DNA of 64,000 bases from Candidatus Micrarchaeia archaeon (lineage in GTDB: Archaea > Micrarchaeota > Micrarchaeia > CABMEP01), in NCBI GenBank assembly GCA_038881595.1, contig JAVZPM010000001.1, positions 115,433 to 179,432 of the forward strand, in the 5' to 3' direction. Under the pieces are notes generated by a model. It was not told where the DNA came from and ran no database searches. It saw only the letters and a program-made list of their open reading frames with translations. Shown one piece after another: positions 20,088 to 30,114 of this stretch. Numbering within the stretch: the first letter of the stretch is position 1; every line of letters begins with the position of its first letter. Position numbers and translations under genes: made by a program.

Positions 20088-20309
20088 ATGGGAAGAGGAA
20101 AAACAACATTAGTAAGATGCAATGCTTGTGGGCGTAGCGTCCCAAGAAGTAAAGCGGTGGTTGACTACAGACCGATTGTTTACACTACAGACCTCAGAAG
20201 CGCTGATGATTTGAGATATATGGAAAAAAGAAAGGTATACTACTGTGTCTCTTGTGGAAAGAGCCTTGGTATATATGAAAAAAAGAAAAAACAGAAGAAA
20301 AGATACTGA
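20088..20309 (+). CDS. rps26e: 30S ribosomal protein S26e
   Basis: GRG....VRCNACGR.VPRSKA...YYCVSC zinc finger; GGAGG SD. Confidence 0.93.
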   Translation: MGRGKTTLVRCNACGRSVPRSKAVVDYRPIVYTTDLRSADDLRYMEKRKVYYCVSCGKSLGIYEKKKKQKKRY

Positions 20310-20392
20310 TTTTTAATATTTTTAATTTTTTTTCCAACTTATTTTAAGATTAACATTTTTAAGTAGTAATGATTAGTATATAATAGATTAGT

Positions 20393-20528
20393 GCGGGGTT
20401 CGCATAACCTGGTAGTGCGCTGGTCTCGAATAAACTCTTAGAAAGAGTTTAATCGGAAATTTTGAAAATTTCTAATTGAGAAAACCAGTTCCCGAAAGGG
20501 TATATGGGTTCGAATCCCATACCCCGCG
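20393..20528 (+). tRNA. tRNA-Ser(CGA) with 52-nt intron at 37/38 (20431-20482)
   Basis: Acceptor GCGGGGT/ACCCCGC, discriminator G, long variable arm CCCGAAAGGG. Spliced arm CTGGT-CT-CGA-AA-ACCAG; central helix CUCG/UGAG. Confidence 0.88.
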
Positions 20529-20550
20529 CTCTAATTAACTGATTATTAAA

Positions 20551-21060
20551 TCATATTAAAATATCCATAAATATGTGGCTTATATAACCAATAAAGCCCC
20601 ATAATGCAATTAATGCAGCTTCACTGAATCCAAAAAATGTTGCAGATGCAAACACAAGGAAGGAATACATTAATGAGGCAAATATTCTATGCACCGGTCC
20701 TCTATGTCTTGGGATTAATGACTCTATGAAGGATGTAATTATTGATGCAATGAAAACTGAAATTGCAAATACAGTTAGAACAACAGCTAAATCTGCATTC
20801 AACAGAGCTGAAAGATCTGGATTTATACCGAAATAAGATGAAATTGAAAGATAAATTATGGAAAGAAGAATTATCAAAACAACCCACCTAAAAATCCCTC
20901 TAATCTTGCTTCTTTTATGATCTATATCCGGTATTAATGAACCAAGTACTGTTGCTATAACTGCTGCGAATAATACGTTTTGATCCATACCTGAATTTAT
21001 AATTATACACAATATACCAAGGATTATTCCTACAATTGAATGAATTATCCAATTGCTCAT
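20551..21060 (-). CDS. Membrane-bound metal-dependent hydrolase (YdjM family)
   Basis: N-terminal H, GSLIPDIDH..S, HRG..H, GYISHIFMD. Confidence 0.88.
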   Translation of the reverse strand: MSNWIIHSIVGIILGILCIIINSGMDQNVLFAAVIATVLGSLIPDIDHKRSKIRGIFRWVVLIILLSIIYLSISSYFGINPDLSALLNADLAVVLTVFAISVFIASIITSFIESLIPRHRGPVHRIFASLMYSFLVFASATFFGFSEAALIALWGFIGYISHIFMDILI

Positions 21061-21150
21061 CAAAACACCAACATCAATCTAATTGTGACATGAAATATTA
21101 TAAAGATAAAAATAAAAAGATATACAAACAATATATATTGTGGTGGGTAA

Positions 21151-21669
21151 ATGGTCAAAAAACGAAGATTTAGCTTTTTTGACGATGATTTTGAAAGAAT
21201 GTTTGAAAGAATTTTTGAGGAGATGACAAGAGGATTTGAGGATTTTGAAGAACTAGAAAAAAGAGCAAGAGAAGGTAAATCTTTTGTAAGAGGATTCTCC
21301 ATAACAATAGGACCAGATGGAAAACCAATAATACAGGAATTCGGAGACAAGCCACAGATTACACCTAAAGGAGTGGAGGAAAAAAGAGAACCGCTTGTTG
21401 ATGTAATAAATGAAAAAAATAATATCAAGATAATAGCTGAATTACCTGGTGTTAGAAAAGAAGACATCGAATTAAATGCAACTGAAAAAGGACTTGAAAT
21501 AAAAGTAGACACACCAGATAGGAAATATTACAAGAAACTTGAACTTCCAGCAAAGATAAAGCCTGAAACAGCTGATGCTAAATATAACAATGGTGTTTTA
21601 GAAGTTATAGTCAAAAAAGTTGAACCTTCAAAGGAAGAAGAAAAGAAAAAGAGAATAAACATTAAATAA
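21151..21669 (+). CDS. hsp20: Small heat shock protein Hsp20
   Basis: GFSITIGPDGKP, REPLVDV, AELPGV.KEDI, AKYNNGVLEV. Confidence 0.96.
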   Translation: MVKKRRFSFFDDDFERMFERIFEEMTRGFEDFEELEKRAREGKSFVRGFSITIGPDGKPIIQEFGDKPQITPKGVEEKREPLVDVINEKNNIKIIAELPGVRKEDIELNATEKGLEIKVDTPDRKYYKKLELPAKIKPETADAKYNNGVLEVIVKKVEPSKEEEKKKRINIK

Positions 21670-21711
21670 AATCTATATAAATTTTTTATTTAATTATCAA
21701 AAGGTGATACT

Positions 21712-22608
21712 ATGATAAAAGGCTCTCCTGATTTACAAGTTTGGATTTCAACAGCTTTAGTATTTGGTTTAATAGCAGGTATACTCGGAGTTATAATGCT
21801 TATGACTGGAAATGAAATATCTATATTTGTAGTATTATTTTTCAGCCTAATATTATTAGGGATCCAATGGTATTTAGGTCCAATAATTGTCAAGTGGGTA
21901 AGCGGAGCAAGAGAAGTAAGTGTTAATGAAGCACCTGAACTTCATGCTGCTGTTGAAAGAATTGCTAAAGAATCTGGAATACCTAAGCCGAAGTTATACA
22001 TTGTAAATAGTCAAGTACCTAATGCTTTTGCTTTTGGAAGGGGAAAAAATGACGCTGGAATTGCAATACATACTGGATTATTGCAGAGATTAAACAAACA
22101 AGAGGTTGAAGCAGTAATTGCACATGAAATAGGGCATATTAAGCACAATGATGTTGTGATAATGACCATTGCAAGTGTTATACCTGTATTATTATACTAC
22201 TTTGCAGTTGCACTTATTAGCGGAAGAGATGATAGACCAAACCCAATCGCTGTATTTGTAGGTGCAATTCTTGCAAGACTTTTAGGACAATTGGTTGTAC
22301 TTTGGCTATCAAGACAAAGAGAATATTATGCAGATGCACACAGTGCATACATAATGAAAGATTCAATGCCTTTAGCAAGAGCATTGGTAAAAATTACATA
22401 TAATATTCCTCAAAATAGCACGAATGAATCTTTAAGTACACTATATGTAGCTGAGTATGAGGTTGTTTCCAGCAGAATTGCTAATGCAATTAGCAGAAAT
22501 GATCCAAATGCTTTACTAGCAGCAATTGAAAAGGAACCAGATAATCCATTTGAGATTATAAGTACGCATCCAAGCCTAAAGAAGAGAATAAAAGCCTTAT
22601 TCTCTTAA
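21712..22608 (+). CDS. htpX: Zinc metalloprotease HtpX (M48)
   Basis: PNAFAFG, AHEIGH, SRQREYYAD, STHPS. Confidence 0.95.
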   Translation: MIKGSPDLQVWISTALVFGLIAGILGVIMLMTGNEISIFVVLFFSLILLGIQWYLGPIIVKWVSGAREVSVNEAPELHAAVERIAKESGIPKPKLYIVNSQVPNAFAFGRGKNDAGIAIHTGLLQRLNKQEVEAVIAHEIGHIKHNDVVIMTIASVIPVLLYYFAVALISGRDDRPNPIAVFVGAILARLLGQLVVLWLSRQREYYADAHSAYIMKDSMPLARALVKITYNIPQNSTNESLSTLYVAEYEVVSSRIANAISRNDPNALLAAIEKEPDNPFEIISTHPSLKKRIKALFS

Positions 22609-22649
22609 TAAATAATTTATTTATTGAATTTGAATGTGTGAGGTTTTAT

Positions 22650-23168
22650 ATGTTAACTATAAAACATTACAGAAGGCCGATCGCTGCTATCAGTATCACA
22701 GGTGACAGATCAAGGATCACGCCTTCTGTTCTTACTAAATTTCTAAAGCCTTTGGTTGAAAAAAACATACAGATTTATGCAATATCTACTGGAGAAAAAG
22801 AAGTGATACTTTTTATTGATGAGGCAGAAAGTGACAAGGCAGTTATATATCTTACTGAAGAAGCTGCAGAAAGTTCATTTGAATGTATAGCTGTAAGAAG
22901 AGGCCTAGGTATGATTAGTGTTAACGGGCCAGAGATGGTTACTACACCAGGTCTTTTAAATAAACTTACCTCTCCCTTAGCAAAGCAAAGAATCAATATA
23001 GTTGCAGTAACTTCTGCATTCGATTCTGTAATATTCTTTTTTGATTTGAAAGACGCTGAGAAAGTGTTTAAATTCTGGGAGAACTATGTACCAGAAAAAA
23101 TAAGTATATTTAGAAAAGCAAAAGAAAAAGTAAGTGGAATATTGAGAACTATCATTCCTAAGAAGTAA
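22650..23168 (+). CDS. Stand-alone tandem ACT-domain protein (aspartokinase regulatory-like)
   Basis: ISVNGPEMVTTPGLL..L..PLA...INIV ACT pattern present twice; no kinase domain. Confidence 0.75.
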   Translation: MLTIKHYRRPIAAISITGDRSRITPSVLTKFLKPLVEKNIQIYAISTGEKEVILFIDEAESDKAVIYLTEEAAESSFECIAVRRGLGMISVNGPEMVTTPGLLNKLTSPLAKQRINIVAVTSAFDSVIFFFDLKDAEKVFKFWENYVPEKISIFRKAKEKVSGILRTIIPKK

Positions 23169-23213
23169 TGTTTTTACTGTTTCTTTTCTCTTCATTTCTA
23201 AAAAATAATCTCT

Positions 23214-25349
23214 CTAAGTTAGTCCACATGTTACTCTTGCAGCAACTGCATCTTTAATTACTTGTAAGATAGAACTGTCAAAATCATAAGTAGGGATTTG
23301 ATTGTTTCCAGAAGGTGGTTGAGGGGTTTGCGGTTCTGTAGACTCTGGTGGTTGTATTGGTGGCGTAGGTGAGGTAGGTAAAGAAGGTTGTTCAGGAATT
23401 GTGGGAGTCTGATATTTACAATTCTGATCATATAACATACAATAGAATATATCTTGATACTCTTTACATAATGTCAAATAAAGATCACAGAATGAAGATT
23501 GCATGTATACTGCTTTAGAATTAATTGAAGAAGGTTCTAGTAAAAAGATATGTGATTTGATATTCCTTTCCATATTTGCAGAAGGAGAATATTTATTAAA
23601 TTCTTGATTATAAGCTGCTTCTCCTTTTAATGTTCCATATACAATGAAATATGCAAGTAATGTATCATCAATATTCGATTTCTTGTTTAGTGTTTTATTT
23701 TGATAATATGCCATTGTCTCTGCAAGACAGCATAAATCTCTTTGTTCCTGATTTGAATAAATTTCGCATTTATTTCCACAGTGCTTTTCATATTGCTGAA
23801 GCTGATTTTGATAATATCCTAATTTCTGAAGTGTTGCCATGAAAAGAGATGAATCTATAAAATACTTCGAAGCAATATTGGATATAAACTTATTATTCTT
23901 CTCGCAATAAGGACTAAAGAAAGTACCCGGTCCTGCAGATATTTCGTAAAACAATTTTGAATTGCATGTTTCATCTTTCTTTATTCTTTGTAAAGGTAAT
24001 TCACTATAATTTTTTACATCACCAAACATAAACATTGTAGTTGATGATTTATACATTGCGCAAGCTGAAGGCTTGTCACCTTCCCTTGAGAAAATACTAT
24101 ATGTTGCAAAATTAAATGAAGAAGATGCTGGTGTATAATAAATAGAGCAGAAGAAGCTAATTGACTTATACATCTCAGAAGAAAGTTGTGATATATCTGG
24201 TGCTATTATTCCTATAACACCTGAAGAAACTAAATCTGGAATAGACCTTATAAGATAATCATAAAACCTAGCTATAGATTCATTAGTCCACTCACATGTT
24301 TTCTTTGTATTTTTTCCTTCGCTTCCTTTTACGATTACTATCACAGGTTTGTTATACTTTTCAGTGATATTTTGAGCAAATGATTTAATCGAATTTGTTT
24401 CGTTTTGAATCGATATTAATGGATCACAAGTGTCAAACGAATTAAGGTCTGCGGTAAATGCGATTACATCTATACTCTCCCAGTCTAATGGATAGTTTTT
24501 ATAATAATCTAATGTATCCAGATCGCCATATTTTATTGTAGCTGTCACAATGCAATTTTTGCAACTTGTATTTATAGAGTAAAATGAACCTATAGGGGAG
24601 ATAATATTTGGATCAAATTTAGATTTGTTAAATTCATATCCTGGAGATATAAATGCTGGTCCCTCCCCGTCTATCTTTTTTGTAAACGAACTTAAAGAGC
24701 TTTCAAGTTTTCCAAATTTATAGAATGGGATTGTGCCTGAATTTAATATACAATCATTCATATTAGTAAATCTTTTCTTAACACTATCACTCTCTATTTC
24801 TTTTGGGATAGATGACACATCAATAAGATTAATTCCCAAATGTCCGTTACAGCTAGAAAATATCTCATCTCCGGCATAAGCACTATCACCAATCCCTATC
24901 ATTACTGGCTGAATAAACTTTGAACTTGAAGATGACGTACCTGTTTGAGAGGATCCTGAACCTGACTGAGAAGTAGTTTCTAATATTCTAGTAAGGCCTG
25001 TAAGAGAATTCAATCTCTTTAAGTCTTCTTCATTGTCCAGATTAAATTGTTGAAATGTACATTCTTTACCTGCAAGACTTGCGGTTTCTTTTGAAAAATA
25101 TCCTTTTACTGAACTCCAAACTTTTATCCACCATGAAGAATATTCGCACACCATTACCGTACAATTGTTAAAAGATGGATAAATCTGTTGAATGTGTTCA
25201 ATTTGATCTTTTTTAATATATTGATCTATTGGTTCGATCTTTTTTATACAACCGAAAAGAGATATTGATACGAATGTAATAACAAGAAGTATAAGAAAAA
25301 ATCTTTTACCTTTAGAATCTAATGAAATTCTTAAGTTATTTTCAACCAT
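23214..25349 (-). CDS. Large Cys-rich lipoprotein with possible glycoside-hydrolase-like and lysozyme/SLT-like domains
   Basis: Lipobox SLFGC, many Cys, Ser-rich and Pro-rich linkers; last gene of the membrane-paralog locus. Confidence 0.75.
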   Translation of the reverse strand: MVENNLRISLDSKGKRFFLILLVITFVSISLFGCIKKIEPIDQYIKKDQIEHIQQIYPSFNNCTVMVCEYSSWWIKVWSSVKGYFSKETASLAGKECTFQQFNLDNEEDLKRLNSLTGLTRILETTSQSGSGSSQTGTSSSSSKFIQPVMIGIGDSAYAGDEIFSSCNGHLGINLIDVSSIPKEIESDSVKKRFTNMNDCILNSGTIPFYKFGKLESSLSSFTKKIDGEGPAFISPGYEFNKSKFDPNIISPIGSFYSINTSCKNCIVTATIKYGDLDTLDYYKNYPLDWESIDVIAFTADLNSFDTCDPLISIQNETNSIKSFAQNITEKYNKPVIVIVKGSEGKNTKKTCEWTNESIARFYDYLIRSIPDLVSSGVIGIIAPDISQLSSEMYKSISFFCSIYYTPASSSFNFATYSIFSREGDKPSACAMYKSSTTMFMFGDVKNYSELPLQRIKKDETCNSKLFYEISAGPGTFFSPYCEKNNKFISNIASKYFIDSSLFMATLQKLGYYQNQLQQYEKHCGNKCEIYSNQEQRDLCCLAETMAYYQNKTLNKKSNIDDTLLAYFIVYGTLKGEAAYNQEFNKYSPSANMERNIKSHIFLLEPSSINSKAVYMQSSFCDLYLTLCKEYQDIFYCMLYDQNCKYQTPTIPEQPSLPTSPTPPIQPPESTEPQTPQPPSGNNQIPTYDFDSSILQVIKDAVAARVTCGLT

Positions 25350-25368
25350 AAGACCACTTTATTTATTT

Positions 25369-27132
25369 TTATTCGTTTGCCTTTTCATTCTCTTTTGGTT
25401 TTTGCTCTTCCATTAATAATTCTTCAAGGCCTTCTATTGTAAATTCTGTATCGTATTTACCTGTTTTTATATTTTCTAAATATGCTTTAGCACGTCTTAA
25501 TATTTGGTAATAAAGGAATCCGATTTGAATTGTTAGTTTATCTTTAGTTTTTTCATCGTTTGCTTTAACTGCAGATTTATATTGTTTAAGAAGATTTTGA
25601 AGTTTTGCTATCATATTTTCATATTCTTCTTTAGTCATTGCAATTTGCAATATCTCCTTGTTCATTCGTTTGTATCCTTTTGGCTTAATTTCATTGATCA
25701 GTTCTGATATAAATTTAGTCTTTTCTATATAATTCATCTTTCTTATTTCACTTAGACGGATATCTCCTTTCTTTATTAATGATTCTACGCTCGGTTGCAT
25801 TTTATTGAATGCTGCAATAAATTTAGATATATACAATCTGTCGAGTTCAACTTTAGCTTTAATTAATGGATGAATCTGTTCATTAATTATCTCATTTGGA
25901 ACATCCTTAGGTACTAATACTTTAACTAATTCACTTATTTTTTCATCTAATCCCTTTTCTAATGATTGTATATTGACTGTTTTTGTTTCCTTATTGATGT
26001 GTTTTTTATCCTTTATTTCATTTAATAGAATTTTCTCTGCCTCTACTAATGAATTTCCAAGAACTTCGGGATCTAGATTAGTTGCATTTGTTCCTGCTGT
26101 AGCAGAGATTATCTTATTCGTTACTTCAATAGCAGCTGAAAGTTCTTCTCTATACATCCTTAATCTATCTTTAAGATCTTGGATTTCTATTCTCTTGCGG
26201 AACTTTTCATCTGTCAATTTTCCTTTTGGATATGGTGGTTGTAATTTAAGTTTTTCCTCTGTCTCTTTCATTTGCTTAGCAGCCCATTCTCTTCTTTGTT
26301 GAAGTTTGTTAAGAATACCCTTATCTGTAACAAACTTAACTAAGTTTAGCGATGCTTTAGATGGATTTATATATGCCTGTCTTTGAATTTCTGTTAGAAT
26401 CTTCTTTTCCTCTTTAGTTTCTACATATTTATCTAATGCAGATGCTGCAGAAATTATTTTTGAAGAAGCAGGTACAGAATAAACTATTAATGGAAGTTGC
26501 GGCATTTTTGACCATTTAAGTTTTTGTGGCTTTGGATAGGAAGGACCTCTTGTTTTTGGAGTTGTTATATCTAACAAAGCTAATGGGTCTCTACCAGAAG
26601 CATACAATGCTGCAATTAATGCTCCGATAATAAAGAATATAATGAGCCAACTTGCATCTACAATTTCATTAAGTGGCGGAATTGGAAATAATTTTGGAAT
26701 TGAAATCGTAAATTGAGAGGTTGCATAACTTGAATTTCCTTCGAATACAAAAAGAATTGCTGGATTGGATTCGACTATTCTTCCTATGCAACTTCCTTTT
26801 CCGTCTTGGCCCGTTATGAATTCACAAACATACCTTTTATCCTCTGGCTTAGCTGGATTGATTGAATAAACTAATATTCTGGCAGAGGAAATTGGCGAAT
26901 ATTTAAAATTATTAATTATTGTTGAGGGATCAACTTTTCCAGTTTCTAACCTTTCCTTTAAAATTGTTCTATCTTCAGGAACTGAAATAGAAACGAGTGT
27001 TGCAGAAAAATTGTAATTATTGTTTGTCTGTTCCTTTGCATCTGCATAAAGTATGTATGTTGGTATTGCTTGTGCTGTAATTAGACTGATGAAGAATATA
27101 GAGAATATCAAAATTTTAATTATATTACACAT
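25369..27132 (-). CDS. Single-pass membrane protein (external beta-sandwich, long cytoplasmic helical/coiled-coil region)
   Basis: Signal peptide; TGQDGKG...FEGNSSY Ig-like segment; TM followed by GRDPLALLDITTPK; charged helical tail. Confidence 0.75.
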   Translation of the reverse strand: MCNIIKILIFSIFFISLITAQAIPTYILYADAKEQTNNNYNFSATLVSISVPEDRTILKERLETGKVDPSTIINNFKYSPISSARILVYSINPAKPEDKRYVCEFITGQDGKGSCIGRIVESNPAILFVFEGNSSYATSQFTISIPKLFPIPPLNEIVDASWLIIFFIIGALIAALYASGRDPLALLDITTPKTRGPSYPKPQKLKWSKMPQLPLIVYSVPASSKIISAASALDKYVETKEEKKILTEIQRQAYINPSKASLNLVKFVTDKGILNKLQQRREWAAKQMKETEEKLKLQPPYPKGKLTDEKFRKRIEIQDLKDRLRMYREELSAAIEVTNKIISATAGTNATNLDPEVLGNSLVEAEKILLNEIKDKKHINKETKTVNIQSLEKGLDEKISELVKVLVPKDVPNEIINEQIHPLIKAKVELDRLYISKFIAAFNKMQPSVESLIKKGDIRLSEIRKMNYIEKTKFISELINEIKPKGYKRMNKEILQIAMTKEEYENMIAKLQNLLKQYKSAVKANDEKTKDKLTIQIGFLYYQILRRAKAYLENIKTGKYDTEFTIEGLEELLMEEQKPKENEKANE

Positions 27133-27201
27133 ATAATCACTCTAAATATAATATAATTTTTCATTTTTATATACTTATTGATTCTTCTGATCACTTTATG
27201 C

Positions 27202-28467
27202 TTATATTAGTTTAACCAAACCTTCCGCAAATTCCTGTATATCTGCATTTAATATAATTCCGAAAGATTTGATAAATGTATAGGTGATAACCAATGATAA
27301 AACTGGAAATATAAAACCAAATACGAATAGTTCTCCGATCAAAGCGTTAACACTATCATTTATTTCCGTTGCAATCGCACTTATGCCCTCACCACTAATT
27401 TTTATTATCATTGATGTTATTTTTACAGGTAATGATGGAATATTAGTTACAAGATCTTGTATGCAAGAAAGTTGCATTGTTCCAGAGGTCTCTAAAAATG
27501 TAACCTGTGAGGATCCTTGAATTCCCATTGTTAGAAACAAACTGAATGTGATAGGATAAACAAAATACAAGCCTAAAGCTATAGAAATAAACATATTGCC
27601 TATAGATCGAACAAATGGAAAACCTCTTAATACAATTCCTATTGGAAGAAATACAGTAAGCATTGTTTGCTGGATAAATGAAAGAAGATGTAATTGGAAA
27701 TATAACGAATATATCAGGTATGAAAGATTTGACATTGCTCTATTTAATGATGTAAGGAATGCTCGAAATGGAATAATCGTTAATTGTGATGTAAATGTAT
27801 TTCCAACAAAGAAACTACTAATACCCTTAAATATAGAACCTATCTTAGACTGTGTTTCCACATCTTCTTTTTTATCTACTCCTGTAAACACGAAGAAAGG
27901 ATATGCGATACAGAATACATCTTGATATCTCTTAATTGCAAGTTTATTGAGCGATGCTAGATAAAAATCTGCTACTGAAAATGGTGAATAACCTTTTTGA
28001 GATATGTATTCGGTAAGCTTTTCGCTACCTGCTATATTTATGTTTTTAGATAGTAAAAATACAAATTCACCTGACTTTGATGCCAGTACATCTACTATTG
28101 CTACTATGAAAACTGCCAACAAAAGAGTGGATAATGCATAAAGAAACTCATATTTTGCAAACTTTTCAAGATCAGAAGATTGAAATATTTTAGAAAACAT
28201 ATAAGCAAGGGCTGCAAACAAAAAAGAGATAGAAACTGCGATTAAGGCAATTAATTGCCAGGGAAATTCAGAAGATGTCCATACTTTATTAAATTCCTGT
28301 GCAGGACCAGATGTTTGAGCAAAGATAATAGATGAAAATGCTAAAAGAAAGAAAGTTATAATTCTAAAGTTTAATTCCTTTGTTTCGTTTGTAAATACTT
28401 TTTTATTGTATTTTTTCATACCTTCACTTCCTTCTTTTTTATTTTTAAAATTTATATTAATCTCCAT
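27202..28467 (-). CDS. Polytopic membrane protein, paralog 6 (CedA/VirB6-like, inferred)
   Basis: DLEKFAKYEFLY; LPIGIVLRGFPFVRSIGNMFISIALGLYFVYP; C-terminal LNADI...LVKLI. Alternative start 28419. Confidence 0.8.
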   Translation of the reverse strand: MEININFKNKKEGSEGMKKYNKKVFTNETKELNFRIITFFLLAFSSIIFAQTSGPAQEFNKVWTSSEFPWQLIALIAVSISFLFAALAYMFSKIFQSSDLEKFAKYEFLYALSTLLLAVFIVAIVDVLASKSGEFVFLLSKNINIAGSEKLTEYISQKGYSPFSVADFYLASLNKLAIKRYQDVFCIAYPFFVFTGVDKKEDVETQSKIGSIFKGISSFFVGNTFTSQLTIIPFRAFLTSLNRAMSNLSYLIYSLYFQLHLLSFIQQTMLTVFLPIGIVLRGFPFVRSIGNMFISIALGLYFVYPITFSLFLTMGIQGSSQVTFLETSGTMQLSCIQDLVTNIPSLPVKITSMIIKISGEGISAIATEINDSVNALIGELFVFGFIFPVLSLVITYTFIKSFGIILNADIQEFAEGLVKLI

Positions 28468-30020
28468 ATACTTGCTGTCTCAATCTCTTGTCCAAGAGCC
28501 TGAGATAGATCTGATGTTGCCTTTGCTATTATAGTTAGATTTAATAATGGTAATATTATACCCACTATAAATGTTATCACTATATCCTTAAATAAATAAT
28601 CAAACGCCTTATCTATATAGGTCTTTCCTTCATTATCTTCAAAATTAAATCTAGATAGCTCTAACTCTGTTATTATTTGCTGTGTATCTTCAGGAATTAT
28701 TGAACTAAACGCCGAAACACCCATATAAACGGAGTTCTGATCCTCTTCAGTAATTATACTTCTTACACATACTTTGTTAGGTGCTATTCCTACGCATCTT
28801 CTTGAAATGCATTCTTCATCAAACATACAAGATTCACCTATCTTCTTTAATCTTGTACATGTTTTTATATTTGAAATATCTGTTTTACAAAATGAAAGTG
28901 CGCAATCACTATCGAAGATGCAATTTTGACCAGGAAGCTTACCTAATTCACATCTTTTAGTTGTTAAATTTAAAATTAAACCTTTACAACAGGGTAGTCC
29001 ATCTGAAATAAATCCTTCAGAAACACATTTTATGCATCTTTTAGATGATGAATTACAAAATCCTGATTGACACTCAAAATCGTTTCTACAGATCTCTCCT
29101 TCCTTTTTCATAGGATTACACATTTTAATTCCAAGTGTTGAATTGTACTCGCAGATATGAGAGTAACAATCAGAATCATCCTGACATTGCAAGCTTAATT
29201 CCTTTATCGGTTCAGATATATAACTTCCGACTAATAGACTATTAATTAATAATACAATTGGAATAAAGATATATAACGCGATTCCTATACCTAATAATCC
29301 CCCACCAAATTTTCTAAATGGATAAATAGATCTAAAAACTATTCCTATTGGAATAAAGAACTTTAAAGAAATTAAAGGCATGATTAATAAAATATTTATC
29401 ATTACAAGAATAGCCATATATGCACTTGCAAGAGAAGAAAATATAGCAAGTGATGCATCTGAAAAATACGAGATTGGATTTATTAGTGCTCCAAATAAAC
29501 CACTCTTTGCTATTGAACTATCTAACTTGTATTCGAATGAAGAGATTAATGATAATGACGAACCTAATGCACCCATTTTTATAGCTGCACTAACTATATA
29601 ATCTTTAACCGAAGATAAATAATTATAAGATGCGATATAAGGCGGGTCATTCAAATTAAATATTGAAGAAATAATATCGCTGCACATAAATGTCTCAACT
29701 ATAAATACTAAAAATATTATAATAACAAAAGTGAAAAAGAATTGAAACAATTCCTCTTTGGCCCTATTTATAAATGAAGAATCGATAACTGATCCATAAA
29801 GATACAAAGCTGCAATAAAAACTGCACTCAATAGTAATCCTATTGCTGACAAAATTCTCCAATCATCACTATTGAGTGTAAATTCACATGCTTCATTATT
29901 CAAATCTTCTATTTTCTTAGCTTTTTCTATTTGTATTGGTTGGGCAAAGATAGACGCAACTAATAATAGAAATAAAATGATGAACAATTTTTTACTTTTT
30001 ATTAAATCTATTTCTCTCAC
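28452..30020 (-). CDS. Polytopic membrane protein, paralog 5, with Cys-rich repeat insert
   Basis: RAKEELFQ; IPIGIVFRSIYPFRKFGGGLLGIGIALYIFIP; C-terminal LGQEI...IWRLI. Confidence 0.8.
   Translation of the reverse strand: MREIDLIKSKKLFIILFLLLVASIFAQPIQIEKAKKIEDLNNEACEFTLNSDDWRILSAIGLLLSAVFIAALYLYGSVIDSSFINRAKEELFQFFFTFVIIIFLVFIVETFMCSDIISSIFNLNDPPYIASYNYLSSVKDYIVSAAIKMGALGSSLSLISSFEYKLDSSIAKSGLFGALINPISYFSDASLAIFSSLASAYMAILVMINILLIMPLISLKFFIPIGIVFRSIYPFRKFGGGLLGIGIALYIFIPIVLLINSLLVGSYISEPIKELSLQCQDDSDCYSHICEYNSTLGIKMCNPMKKEGEICRNDFECQSGFCNSSSKRCIKCVSEGFISDGLPCCKGLILNLTTKRCELGKLPGQNCIFDSDCALSFCKTDISNIKTCTRLKKIGESCMFDEECISRRCVGIAPNKVCVRSIITEEDQNSVYMGVSAFSSIIPEDTQQIITELELSRFNFEDNEGKTYIDKAFDYLFKDIVITFIVGIILPLLNLTIIAKATSDLSQALGQEIETASIWRLI
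28765..29190 (-). repeat. Protein-level Cys-rich repeats (C-x2-D-x-[DE]-C-x-[SL]-x2-C, four copies)
   Basis: CQDDSDCYSHIC, CRNDFECQSGFC, CIFDSDCALSFC, CMFDEECISRRC; three are preceded by G[EQ]x. Confidence 0.85.
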
Positions 30021-30114
30021 ATCATCACACTCTATGATTGCTCATTGCGATCTATATTATTTATTATAGATTTTATACATAATTGCTAGTTGAATTAAAG
30101 TTACAAATTATTAC

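Noticed and set aside
20393-20528. Reading this tRNA as Leu(GAG) from TTGAGAA and the Leu-like GCGGGG acceptor
   Set aside because: BHB geometry yields a CGA anticodon and the discriminator is G, so Ser.
30015-30035. TGATGA box C-like motif on the minus strand
   Set aside because: It sits at the ribosome-binding site of paralog 5 and has no suitably spaced CTGA.
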